Of a stretch of 60,030 nt of DNA, positions 15,754 through 23,279 are shown in pieces; the first letter of the stretch is position 1, and every line of letters starts with the position of its first letter. Made by a program: the position numbers and the translations under genes. Source of the stretch: Patescibacteria group bacterium (GTDB taxonomy: Bacteria > Patescibacteriota > Minisyncoccia > 2-02-FULL-40-12 > IGHO2-01-FULL-4-A). The stretch covers positions 1 to 60,030 of the forward strand of contig JBBTYI010000005.1 of NCBI GenBank assembly GCA_038061865.1, written 5' to 3'. Below the pieces are notes generated by a model, which ran no database searches, had not been told where the DNA came from, and worked only from the letters and a program-made list of their open reading frames with translations.

Positions 15754-16197
15754 CTATACTCTTCGGGGTTTAGGTGGCTTTACTCCATTATGCGGGATCG
15801 GCGTGTTGTCGATAATCGTGCTGATGTTAATGCCGGTGCTGACCACGCCGCGAATGGCGCCTTCACGCCCCGGGCCAATGCCTTTGACCGAAATCTTGGC
15901 CTCCTGCAAACCAAATTTTTTGGCTTTTTCGGTGGCGTCTTTTCCGACCAGCGTAGCGGCGTAGGGAGTTGATTTGCGCGCCCCTTTGAAACCCAACGTG
16001 CCGGCCGAGGACCAGGCAAAAATCTGGCCGTTTGAATCGGAAATTGAAACAATCGTGTTATTGTAGGTTGAAAAAATGTTGACCGTGCCTTTAAAAATTT
16101 GCTTCTTTGCCATTTTTTTGGGCGCGCTGACAGCACCAGTTTGCTGACCGGCCGTTTCAGTGTCGCCTTGGCTGGTGATGATGCGTTTTTTACCCAT
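15754..16197 (-). CDS. rpsK: 30S ribosomal protein S11
   Basis: VNIFSTYNNTIVSISDSNGQ...GFKGARKSTPYAA...GPGREGAIRG. Confidence 0.95.
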   Translation of the reverse strand: MGKKRIITSQGDTETAGQQTGAVSAPKKMAKKQIFKGTVNIFSTYNNTIVSISDSNGQIFAWSSAGTLGFKGARKSTPYAATLVGKDATEKAKKFGLQEAKISVKGIGPGREGAIRGVVSTGINISTIIDNTPIPHNGVKPPKPRRV

Positions 16198-16199
16198 GT

Positions 16200-16586
16200 T
16201 TATGTTTTTTGCCCGGTTGGCTTTCTTCCCGAACCCATCGTTTTACGCACGTTGCCGCGGATGGTCCGGGAGTTAGTTTTGGTTCGGCCGTGAATTGGCA
16301 AACGGCGGGCGTGACGGATGCCGCGCCAAGCGCCAATTTCTTTTAACCGCTTAACGTTTTCACTGGTTTCCCGGCGCAAATCCCCTTCCACTTTATAATT
16401 CCGGTCAATCAGATGCTGAATCCGGTTAATTTCCTCCAGCGTCAAATCTTTGGCTTTTTTAGTCAGGGCAACATTGGCCGATTTAAGAATCACCCGGCTC
16501 AAAGTCGGGCCGATGCCGTACAAGTAGCTAAGCGCCGTATCTATTTTTTTGTTTTCGGGAAGATTAACCCCCGAGATCCTGGGCAT
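16200..16586 (-). CDS. rpsM: 30S ribosomal protein S13
   Basis: The N-terminus is MPRISGVNLPENKKIDTALSYLYGIG. The ...RGIRHARRLPIHGRTKTNSRT motif is also typical S13. Confidence 0.95.
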   Translation of the reverse strand: MPRISGVNLPENKKIDTALSYLYGIGPTLSRVILKSANVALTKKAKDLTLEEINRIQHLIDRNYKVEGDLRRETSENVKRLKEIGAWRGIRHARRLPIHGRTKTNSRTIRGNVRKTMGSGRKPTGQKT

Positions 16587-16613
16587 AAAAAATATTTAAA
16601 TGTTTAGACCTAC

Positions 16614-16727
16614 TTATCCTTGCCTCTGTTTGTGCTTGGGATTCTTGCAAATACAATACAATCGGTTTTTGCGCCGGACCAGCTTGCAGTGGTTGCACAT
16701 TTTTTTGACGGAAGCCCTAACTTTCAT
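16614..16727 (-). CDS. rpmJ: 50S ribosomal protein L36 (below the ORF-track length cut-off)
   Basis: My manual translation of the reverse strand gives [37 protein letters not shown]. This is the canonical L36 with its C-x2-C...C-x-C Zn motif. Confidence 0.9.
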   Translation of the reverse strand: MKVRASVKKMCNHCKLVRRKNRLYCICKNPKHKQRQG

Positions 16728-16730
16728 AAT

Positions 16731-16808
16731 TTCTAATGTCTAATCACTAATTTCTAAATAATGGCTGAACCCCAACCCCCGATTAGGAATTAGAAATTAG
16801 GAATTGGT
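16731..16808. repeat. inverted pair of phased heptamer arrays in the infA-rpmJ spacer (CTAAT x4 at 16731-16758; ATTAG-type x4 at 16781-16808)
   Basis: The first array reads ttctaat|gtctaat|cactaat|ttctaaa. The second reads gattagg|aattaga|aattagg|aattggt. The cores are exact reverse complements, separated by a C-rich 22-nt spacer. Confidence 0.75.
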
Positions 16809-17017
16809 TATTTACGGTATACAATACGACCACGAGTTCCGTCCGGGCTTAACTCCACCGTCACCCGGTCGCCGATCATCACTTTGATGTAATGCATTCT
16901 CATTTTGCCGGACAGGTAAGATAAGACCTCACGCTCGTCATCCAGTTTAACTTTAAATTTTGTATCAGGCAGGGCTTCAATCACGGTGCCCTCGGCCTTT
17001 GGTTTTTGATCGGCCAC
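16808..17017 (-). CDS. infA: translation initiation factor IF-1
   Basis: [60 protein letters not shown] is the IF-1 S1 fold. I prefer the GTG start at 17017, which gives 69 aa, over the track's upstream ATG at 17074. Confidence 0.85.
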   Translation of the reverse strand: MADQKPKAEGTVIEALPDTKFKVKLDDEREVLSYLSGKMRMHYIKVMIGDRVTVELSPDGTRGRIVYRK

Positions 17018-17131
17018 GGTTAACCGTTTAATATGGAAAAACACAAAAAATACCTGTCTGCCCTCAACGAACAATACAGGAATCTCCGCGTCTATTCCAT
17101 TTTGTAATCATTTTCCAGAATAGCAAAAGGA

Positions 17132-18832
17132 TTAGTCGGTGTCAATGCGCAGATGGATTTTTGCGGGATTAGTCGGTATTTTCCGGACCCAAAAAGGAGA
17201 CAGATTTACCCGAGCCGATCCTATTTCTTTAATATTTCGGAAATAAACCCGGATTTGATCTTCCTCCAGTCCGGCTGCTTCTTTTAGAATCTTGGCGGTA
17301 TCAATCCGGCTGGCCGCCGTCAGCGCAATATCGGCGGTAAAAGACAAGGTTTTACCGCTGCTGTCTAAAGCCGGCAGTCGGTAACTAATAGCGATTTTCT
17401 TCTCAACTATTTCCAAATTCCCGTTTTTGGTCAGATAGCTTTTCACCAGCTCAATCACATCGGTTTCTCTGAAAGCAATGGTTTGGGCTGAACCCCGGAC
17501 GGTCATTTTCAATTCTTCGGCGACCTCGCCGGCTTTGGCATTGACCGCCGGGTCGTCAATTTTAACGTCGATTGAGTCAAGAATTTTCAAACCGTTGACC
17601 TGGCCCGCGAGCGAGTTGATCACTTTCTCCCTGACGGTCTTGGTTAATTCTTCTTGGGCCTTGACGAAATCGCTTTCCGAAACAACTTTTGACGGCCCGA
17701 CCAAGCCGCCAGTCATCGGCTGGTTGGCGGTCGCGTAAAATTCGCCGTATTTAGATGTGCCCTTAAGACCCGGGACGGTAAATCGTGCCGGCCCGATATT
17801 ATATTCCGCTCCGGCCCGGTCGGCAAAAACGGCTGACTCGATTGAGCCCGGCACGACCCGGCCGCCTTGCTTGGTTGAACCGGGGACGGTAATGGTGGCC
17901 GGTATTCTGAAAATAAACCCGGCCGGCGATTCAAAACGCGTCGTGGCTACCAGACGTTGTTCCAGCGGGGTTTGATTGTAAATGATGATCTCACCGCTGG
18001 CTTTTTGGACCACATTTTTGAAACCGGTGGCCGGAAAAGTATCGCCGGCCTCGGCTTGGGCGCTGATGCTTTGCCCCGGGATTTTATTGAACTCGGGACT
18101 GATCGCGGCGGCAGTACTGGAGGCGTTGATGGTTAACGGAAAGTTTAAGTTTTGAATTTGCGGTTTGATGATAATGTCGGCTCGGGCCAAAACGCCGTAA
18201 AGGATTGCCAACAGCGCCAGCAGCACCCCGACCCCGGCAAAACCAATAAGTTTTTTCCTTTTGCCTGAACCGTGCGATGTTCTTTTTTGCGGCTTTAGAA
18301 AAATTTCTTCATGATTTTCCGAACGCGGCGCCCAAACCTTGGCAATGTCCAGGTCAACGCTTTTTTCTTTCTCGCTCTTGACTTCCAGATTAACTTCCGG
18401 CTCTTCGGTAAAAATATCTCGGACTACTTTTTTCTGCAAGCGGGCCGAAGCCAAGGTTATTGAAGCGATTTCTTCCGGTTCGGGGCGTTCGTAATCGTCC
18501 GACTTGATTGTTTTTGGCTCCGCGCCGGAAATAATCGTCATACCGTGGCTGGCGGCTAGGTCGGCGACGATGGGATCGTTAGTCATAATACTGATAATTT
18601 TCCCCGTTTTCTCGGTTTCTTCCTTCAAGACGTTAAAATTATTTTCCTGTCTGGCGATTTTTGAACCTTTGGGGAAAATAAAAATCACTTCCTCGGCGGT
18701 GGCGTTTTTAAAAGCATCAAAAACATCCGCAAAGGAGTCGTCTTTTTGGATATTGATAATCTTGGTGTTGGCCACGTTAGATACGCTTAACGAATAGTGC
18801 ACGCGAATAATTACAGAAAAATTATACCACAA
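17132..18832 (-). CDS. large single-pass membrane protein of unknown function (cytoplasmic N-domain, TM, beta-rich extracytoplasmic domain)
   Basis: 566-aa ORF with one clear TM segment (LIGFAGVGVLLALLAILYGVLA). I recognise no catalytic motif. The real start may be the GTG (V-A-N-T-K) a few codons downstream, which would remove the overlap with alaS. Confidence 0.6.
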   Translation of the reverse strand: MWYNFSVIIRVHYSLSVSNVANTKIINIQKDDSFADVFDAFKNATAEEVIFIFPKGSKIARQENNFNVLKEETEKTGKIISIMTNDPIVADLAASHGMTIISGAEPKTIKSDDYERPEPEEIASITLASARLQKKVVRDIFTEEPEVNLEVKSEKEKSVDLDIAKVWAPRSENHEEIFLKPQKRTSHGSGKRKKLIGFAGVGVLLALLAILYGVLARADIIIKPQIQNLNFPLTINASSTAAAISPEFNKIPGQSISAQAEAGDTFPATGFKNVVQKASGEIIIYNQTPLEQRLVATTRFESPAGFIFRIPATITVPGSTKQGGRVVPGSIESAVFADRAGAEYNIGPARFTVPGLKGTSKYGEFYATANQPMTGGLVGPSKVVSESDFVKAQEELTKTVREKVINSLAGQVNGLKILDSIDVKIDDPAVNAKAGEVAEELKMTVRGSAQTIAFRETDVIELVKSYLTKNGNLEIVEKKIAISYRLPALDSSGKTLSFTADIALTAASRIDTAKILKEAAGLEEDQIRVYFRNIKEIGSARVNLSPFWVRKIPTNPAKIHLRIDTD

Positions 18833-20519
18833 GCACGGCTCGGATTCTCCTCATACCGGCTGATACCGCCTCTTCTTTAACAATTTTTACGCGGCCGATT
18901 TCTCCGGTATGACTGACATGCGGGCCGCCGCAGAGTTCCTTGGAGAAGTCACCCACCGAGTAGACATTGACCCGCGGCGGATATTTTTGCCCGAAAAAAC
19001 TCAACGCGCCGGTCTGGAGCGCGTTCTCGAAAGCCATTTCTTCTTTGGTAACTGGCCGGTCTTGACTTATTACCTCATTTACTGAATCTTCAACTTTTTT
19101 CAGTTCGGTTTCGGTAAGTTTTCTCGGAAAAGTAAAATCAAACCGCAATCGTTCGGCAGTGATGTCCGAACCGGCTTGGTGCACCTCATTGCCTAGCACT
19201 TTTCGCAAGGCGGCGTGCAGAAGATGCGTAGCAGTATGCAGGCGGGTGGCTTTTTTCAATTCTGCCTCATTCCCCGCCTTCAGTTCGCCCGTACCCGGCA
19301 ACAATCCGTGTCCGCCGAATTTCTTTTCCGCTCCGGCCCGGGATTTGGTCTGGTGCTGTTTGAATATTTCGTCAAAACTTTCGCGCGTCAAGCCAGCAGC
19401 CTTTTCTCCGCCTAATTCCTTGATGACCTCAAACGGCAAACCATAGCTCTCATAGAGCTTAAAAGCAGTCGGTGTATCAACCTGTTCCAGCCGTCCCAAC
19501 TCGCGCAGGCCTTGTTTGAGGGTTTTGGTGAATTTCCCTCTCTCTTCATCAAAGGCCAAAACGATCTTTTGCTGGTCTAGTTCCGGATAGAAACTCCGAT
19601 AGTTCTCGCACAACCAGGCAAATAGGGCGCCAAAATCAATCTCGCCGTGTATCTGACCCTGCGTGATGACCCGGCGCATCAGTCGGCGCAGGACATAACC
19701 CCGATCTTTATTGGACGGCAAGACGCCATCAGTGACTAGAAAAGTGATCGCCCGGATGTGGTCAGCGATAATCCGCCGTCCCCGTGCCGACATTTTCAGC
19801 GCGTTGAGCCGTTCCATCAACCCCAAAAACAAGTCAGTCTCAAAAATATTTTCCTTTTGCTGGACGACCATTGCCAAACGCTCCAGCCCCATTCCGGTAT
19901 CAATGCCGGGTGTCTTCAGCTTTTCCAATGTGCCGTCGGCTTTGTGGTAATACTCGTTGAAAACCAGATTCCAAATTTCCATCCCTTTAACATAAATCTC
20001 CGTAGTCGGTCCGCAGGGGCCTTCGTTGCCAGTCGGCCCCCAGAAGTTGTCTTTGCGGCCGAATTTTTTCACCGCCATGCCGGGATTAATTGATTTCCAG
20101 ATTTTTTCTGATTCTTCATCGGCCGGTATGTCGCCCTCCCCGCCAAATACTGCGACATAATCAATTGGCAAATTCATCTCCTTGGTGATGAATTCATGCG
20201 CCCATTGAATTGCCTCTTTTTTGAAATACCCGCCGAAGGAGAAATTGCCCAGCATTTCAAAAAAAGTCAGGTGGCTCTCATCCCCCACTTCGTCAATGTC
20301 CGAGGTGCGGAGGCATTTTTGGATAGAGGCAGTATTAAGCGAACCAAAATCTTTCACGGCGTCCGCCTCGCCGGTGTAATACGGTTTAAATTGTTGCATC
20401 CCAGCCGTCGTGAAAAGCACCGACGGGTCAGCGGGCAAAAGCGAAGACGACGGGACAATGGTGTGTCCCCGCTTCTCAAAAAATTCTAGAAATTTCCTCC
20501 GGATTTCTTGGTAGGTCAT
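18822..20519 (-). CDS. alaS: alanine--tRNA ligase, short form (catalytic plus editing domains, no C-Ala domain)
   Basis: The N-terminus is MTYQEIRRKFLEFFEKRGHTIVPSSSLLP. Three conserved motifs follow: ...FTTAGMQQFKP, the editing HTATHLLHAALRKVLG...HQAGS, and CGGPHV. It is only 565 aa. Confidence 0.9.
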   Translation of the reverse strand: MTYQEIRRKFLEFFEKRGHTIVPSSSLLPADPSVLFTTAGMQQFKPYYTGEADAVKDFGSLNTASIQKCLRTSDIDEVGDESHLTFFEMLGNFSFGGYFKKEAIQWAHEFITKEMNLPIDYVAVFGGEGDIPADEESEKIWKSINPGMAVKKFGRKDNFWGPTGNEGPCGPTTEIYVKGMEIWNLVFNEYYHKADGTLEKLKTPGIDTGMGLERLAMVVQQKENIFETDLFLGLMERLNALKMSARGRRIIADHIRAITFLVTDGVLPSNKDRGYVLRRLMRRVITQGQIHGEIDFGALFAWLCENYRSFYPELDQQKIVLAFDEERGKFTKTLKQGLRELGRLEQVDTPTAFKLYESYGLPFEVIKELGGEKAAGLTRESFDEIFKQHQTKSRAGAEKKFGGHGLLPGTGELKAGNEAELKKATRLHTATHLLHAALRKVLGNEVHQAGSDITAERLRFDFTFPRKLTETELKKVEDSVNEVISQDRPVTKEEMAFENALQTGALSFFGQKYPPRVNVYSVGDFSKELCGGPHVSHTGEIGRVKIVKEEAVSAGMRRIRAVLVV

Positions 20520-20520
20520 A

Positions 20521-21540
20521 TTAGCTGTTTAATTCAGAATAAACCTCCAGGATGGTTTTAATCAACTCCTGTTTGGCTTCGGCGAAGGGCTTGTTGATCG
20601 ATCCGCCAGCGGCAGCTTTGTGTCCTCCGCCGTTTAGACGTCCCGTAATTTTGCTGACATCGTATTTTTCCCCGTCACGACTGCGTAGCGATACCCGACA
20701 AAACCCAGGCGTGAACTCAATTAGGGTGCCAGCAATCTGACAACCGCGAATGGAGCGCAAGCTAATCGAAACCCAGCCGCCCTCAGTGTGCTTTGCTTCA
20801 ATACCAGCTTTGGTCATTTGCTTGGCACTAATTGAGGCCAAACGAAGTTTGTTCTTAAAATAAGTCTCGTGGTTAGCTAACATCATTGCTTCAAATTTAA
20901 TCTCTTCTGGTTCGCGATTATTGCCTAATTCAGAAACAGCTCTACTGTAGTTAGGAGCGATAGCCAACAGATTAGCCGCTGCCGAAAATGTACCTGGATT
21001 AATCCCGGGATGGATAAAGCCACCCGTATCACCGTGCAAACCGATCAATAAATAAACCGCCATACTAGGAATGATCTTGACCGACCAAAGTTTAAATAAG
21101 TCGTAGAGGATTTGCGCGGTGGCAGGATAATTGGAGGTAATTAAGTTAACGTCGGCAAAGCCAGTATTACTGGGGTGATGGTCAATAATTATAGTCTTTA
21201 GGGTATTAGGAAAAATTACCTCACCCTTTTTTGAAATTTGGTTAAGTGCGCCAGTGTCCTGAATTAAAAATAAATCAAATTTGTTTAGATCAACTTCAAA
21301 AAAAATTTTAGGAACAATACTATTTACGCCTGGCAATATAGAAAAGGCAACCGGTACGGCGGAATCGCCTTGGATTAGAGTGACAGTTTTACCTAGTGAA
21401 CTTAGCCACTCAGTCATAGCTAAAGTGCTGCCAATACTGTTGGAATCCGGCTTGGGATGAAGATGGAGCAGGATGTTTTGGGCACCCTCAATCTCCGCCC
21501 GAATGAGCGGAGCGGCGACCTTGATGTCGGCGATAATCAT
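20521..21540 (-). CDS. DHH/DHHA1 family phosphoesterase (NrnA-like oligoribonuclease / pAp phosphatase)
   Basis: LHLHPKPDSNSIGS, the IIDHHPSN (DHH) motif, and C-terminal GGGHKAAAG (DHHA1). Confidence 0.85.
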   Translation of the reverse strand: MIIADIKVAAPLIRAEIEGAQNILLHLHPKPDSNSIGSTLAMTEWLSSLGKTVTLIQGDSAVPVAFSILPGVNSIVPKIFFEVDLNKFDLFLIQDTGALNQISKKGEVIFPNTLKTIIIDHHPSNTGFADVNLITSNYPATAQILYDLFKLWSVKIIPSMAVYLLIGLHGDTGGFIHPGINPGTFSAAANLLAIAPNYSRAVSELGNNREPEEIKFEAMMLANHETYFKNKLRLASISAKQMTKAGIEAKHTEGGWVSISLRSIRGCQIAGTLIEFTPGFCRVSLRSRDGEKYDVSKITGRLNGGGHKAAAGGSINKPFAEAKQELIKTILEVYSELNS

Positions 21541-21543
21541 TTG

Positions 21544-21616
21544 GGAGACCTAGGGGATTCGCACCCCTTCTGACAGGTCCACAACCTGTAGTGCTAACTG
21601 TTACACTAAGGTCTCC
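21544..21616 (-). tRNA. tRNA-His (anticodon GTG) with genome-encoded G-1 opposite C73
   Basis: My manual fold is G(-1) GAGACCT TA GTGT AACAGTTA GCAC T ACAGG TTGTGGA CCTGT CAGA AGGGG TGCGAAT CCCCT AGGTCTC C. All four stems pair. Confidence 0.9.
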
Positions 21617-21620
21617 ATCT

Positions 21621-22067
21621 TCAGTCTTTCAAGCTTAAACGTCTAGCGTAGCCCCAGTCAATACGCAGTTCTTTACCAATTGCCCTATAAGTTAAGCCCT
21701 TAATTCTCAAGGATTTTATATGTTTAATACGATCAGTTCTTGTTTTTTCTCTTAATAATTGTCTAGCCACCAGGAATTCTATCACAGGTAATGCCAATTC
21801 AACTTTTTCTTTTTTGACAATTAGATAGATAAGGATTTTGTTTAAAAAATCGCAGATTTGTCTTTGGCTGGCAATATAATAAACCCAACTATCTTTCCAG
21901 TGTTTTTTCCGTTTTTTAGGTTCAATAATAGAACCAGCACTAGCGAATTTTCGTATTTTTTCTAGCACTTCAAAATTCGTCTGTGCGATTGTTATACGAT
22001 ATCCTTTTGTGTGGCGAGTTATACTACCTTCCCCATCGAAGAAGCCAGCAATATAGGCCCAGTTCAT
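21621..22067 (-). CDS. free-standing single-motif LAGLIDADG homing-endonuclease-family protein with a C-terminal helix-turn-helix
   Basis: The N-terminal NWAYIAGFFDGEGSI is a LAGLIDADG motif. The C-terminal IKSLRIKGLTYRAIGKELRIDWGYARRL looks like a resolvase/sigma-r4-type HTH. The gene is visibly more AT-rich than its neighbours. Its stop is 4 nt from the tRNA-His 5' end. Confidence 0.8.
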   Translation of the reverse strand: MNWAYIAGFFDGEGSITRHTKGYRITIAQTNFEVLEKIRKFASAGSIIEPKKRKKHWKDSWVYYIASQRQICDFLNKILIYLIVKKEKVELALPVIEFLVARQLLREKTRTDRIKHIKSLRIKGLTYRAIGKELRIDWGYARRLSLKD

Positions 22068-22147
22068 CCTATAACACTAACATTTTTGTGGACATTTGAG
22101 TAGGGGCAGCAATCAATACTTGTCCACATTTAGGTCCTTCAACTAGT

Positions 22148-22582
22148 TCAGGGCAAGCACCCCGATATGAGATAAAGACTGCGAGCGGCTTGTTGAATTT
22201 CCTGAACTTGCTCGGTGGTTCTGGTTCTTTCTTCCACTGACAAATTAGTATTTTCCAAAAAGTCCAGGACCACCGTGTTACTGGTCATCACCGTGTATAA
22301 TTTCGGGCACAGTTCGGACTTTTGCTGGGCAAAGGAGCTGGATAAACCGATACCAAGATTGAGCAGGGGCTTATGCTCAAAAGCAAATTTGATCCGGTCT
22401 TCGTAAACCTGCGTCGCGGCCACGGCGGCGTCAGGGCCAGTGGATTTTTTAATTGCCTCGCGGATTTCGGTGCGCAGGGCTTCCACCTGCCGATTGCGAT
22501 AAATTGTTTGTGTCAGAACGCTGACTACCAAAATTCCCAAGCCAGCGGTTATTAAAAGCAGAGTTTTATTTACCTTCAGCAT
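22148..22582 (-). CDS. hypothetical membrane-anchored protein
   Basis: 144-aa ORF with an N-terminal TM segment (LLLITAGLGILVVSVL). I recognise no motif. Confidence 0.5.
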   Translation of the reverse strand: MLKVNKTLLLITAGLGILVVSVLTQTIYRNRQVEALRTEIREAIKKSTGPDAAVAATQVYEDRIKFAFEHKPLLNLGIGLSSSFAQQKSELCPKLYTVMTSNTVVLDFLENTNLSVEERTRTTEQVQEIQQAARSLYLISGCLP

Positions 22583-22604
22583 ACAGATTATTTTATCACA
22601 CTTG

Positions 22605-22676
22605 TCTCCCCGGGGGGAATCGAACCCTCATCTAGAGATTAGAAGTCTCTCATTTTATCCATTAAACTACGGGGAG
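22605..22676 (-). tRNA. tRNA-Arg (anticodon TCT)
   Basis: My manual fold is CTCCCCG TA GTTT AATGGATA AAAT G AGAGA CTTCTAA TCTCT AGAT GAGGG TTCGATT CCCCC CGGGGAG A. There is one A-C mismatch in the T stem. Confidence 0.85.
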
Positions 22677-22745
22677 ATGGCTTTAAAGTACCAGTTTTTT
22701 GTGCTAAGGTAAAGCAAAACAGTTTGCCAACAACAAAATTTCTAA

Positions 22746-22819
22746 CGGGCTGTAGTGTAACGGCAGCACGAGACGTTTGGGACGTTTTAGCCCCGGTTCG
22801 AATCCGGGCAGCCCGACCA
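22746..22819 (+). tRNA. tRNA-Pro (anticodon TGG), CCA encoded
   Basis: My manual fold is CGGGCTG TA GTGT AACGGCA GCAC G AGACG TTTGGGA CGTTT TAGC CCCGG TTCGAAT CCGGG CAGCCCG A CCA. Confidence 0.9.
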
Positions 22820-22839
22820 ACATAGACATTTTGAATTTT

Positions 22840-22911
22840 GCGGGTGTAGTGTAATGGCAACACGTCTCCCTTCCAAGGAGAAGACTGCCGGTTCAACTCC
22901 GGTCGCCCGCT
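22840..22911 (+). tRNA. tRNA-Gly (anticodon TCC)
   Basis: My manual fold is GCGGGTG TA GTGT AATGGCA ACAC G TCTCC CTTCCAA GGAGA AGACT GCCGG TTCAACT CCGGT CGCCCGC T. Confidence 0.9.
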
Positions 22912-22925
22912 CTAAGTTTTTGTTT

Positions 22926-23189
22926 ATGCATTATGTTTACGTATTTTTAAGTAAGAAGGATGATAAACTATACATCGGTTATACTAATGATCTTATCTCA
23001 AGGATCAAGGAACATAACACCGGCAAAGTTCTGGCAACAAAGAGCAGATTACCCATCAAACTTATTTATTACGAAGCGCATCTTGATGAACAAGAGGCTA
23101 GAGATCGTGAAAAATTTCTAAAGACCGGGTGGGGAAGAAGTTTTATTTTAACAAAACTCGCCAGAACTTTGCAGAAAGCAAAAATTTAG
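22926..23189 (+). CDS. small stand-alone GIY-YIG nuclease-domain protein (UPF0213/YhbQ-like)
   Basis: MHYVYVFLSKKDDKLYIGYTNDLISRIKEHN...REKFLK contains the GIY(-like YVY)...YIG motifs, then R and E. I chose the ATG at 22926; the upstream part of the track ORF overlaps tRNA-Gly. Confidence 0.8.
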   Translation: MHYVYVFLSKKDDKLYIGYTNDLISRIKEHNTGKVLATKSRLPIKLIYYEAHLDEQEARDREKFLKTGWGRSFILTKLARTLQKAKI

Positions 23190-23192
23190 GCG

Positions 23193-23204
23193 GGTCGCCC
23201 GCTC
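23193..23204 (+). repeat. 12-nt direct repeat of the tRNA-Gly 3' end (ggtcgcccgctc, also at 22901-22912), located immediately after the GIY-YIG stop
   Basis: The 12-nt match was read directly. The two copies bracket a 280-bp segment that contains only the GIY-YIG ORF. The distal copy also forms a mini-hairpin (gcggg tcg cccgc). Confidence 0.7.
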
Positions 23205-23211
23205 CAACCCA

Positions 23212-23233
23212 AAAACCGCCGCACGGCGGTTTT
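23212..23233. terminator. bidirectional intrinsic terminator between the GIY-YIG (+) and hup (-) genes
   Basis: aaaaccgcc gcac ggcggtttt forms a 9-bp stem flanked by an A-run and a T-run. Confidence 0.7.
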
Positions 23234-23246
23234 GGAACAAATAATT

Positions 23247-23279
23247 ATTCGTGTGCGCTATTTGTAAGCGTATATACTA
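23247..23279. repeat. 33-nt 3'-flank motif copy A (attcgNNtgcgctatttgtaagcgtatNta), abutting the hup stop codon
   Basis: 30 of 33 nt are identical to 53457-53489, which abuts the mreC stop codon. The core folds as gcgct/agcgt with a 7-nt loop. Confidence 0.7.

Noticed and set aside
413-16808. Whether the phased short arrays could be a degenerate CRISPR array or a minisatellite.
   Set aside because: The units are 7-8 nt with no spacer-repeat alternation, the arrays are only 4-5 units long, and no cas genes are present. I report them as phased arrays, not CRISPR.
22639-22925. Two track items cross the tRNA cluster: ORF 22639..22896 (-, 85 aa) and the first 24 codons of 22854..23189 (+).
   Set aside because: They overlap tRNA-Arg, tRNA-Pro and tRNA-Gly, which all fold cleanly. 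The GIY-YIG domain begins at the internal ATG at 22926.
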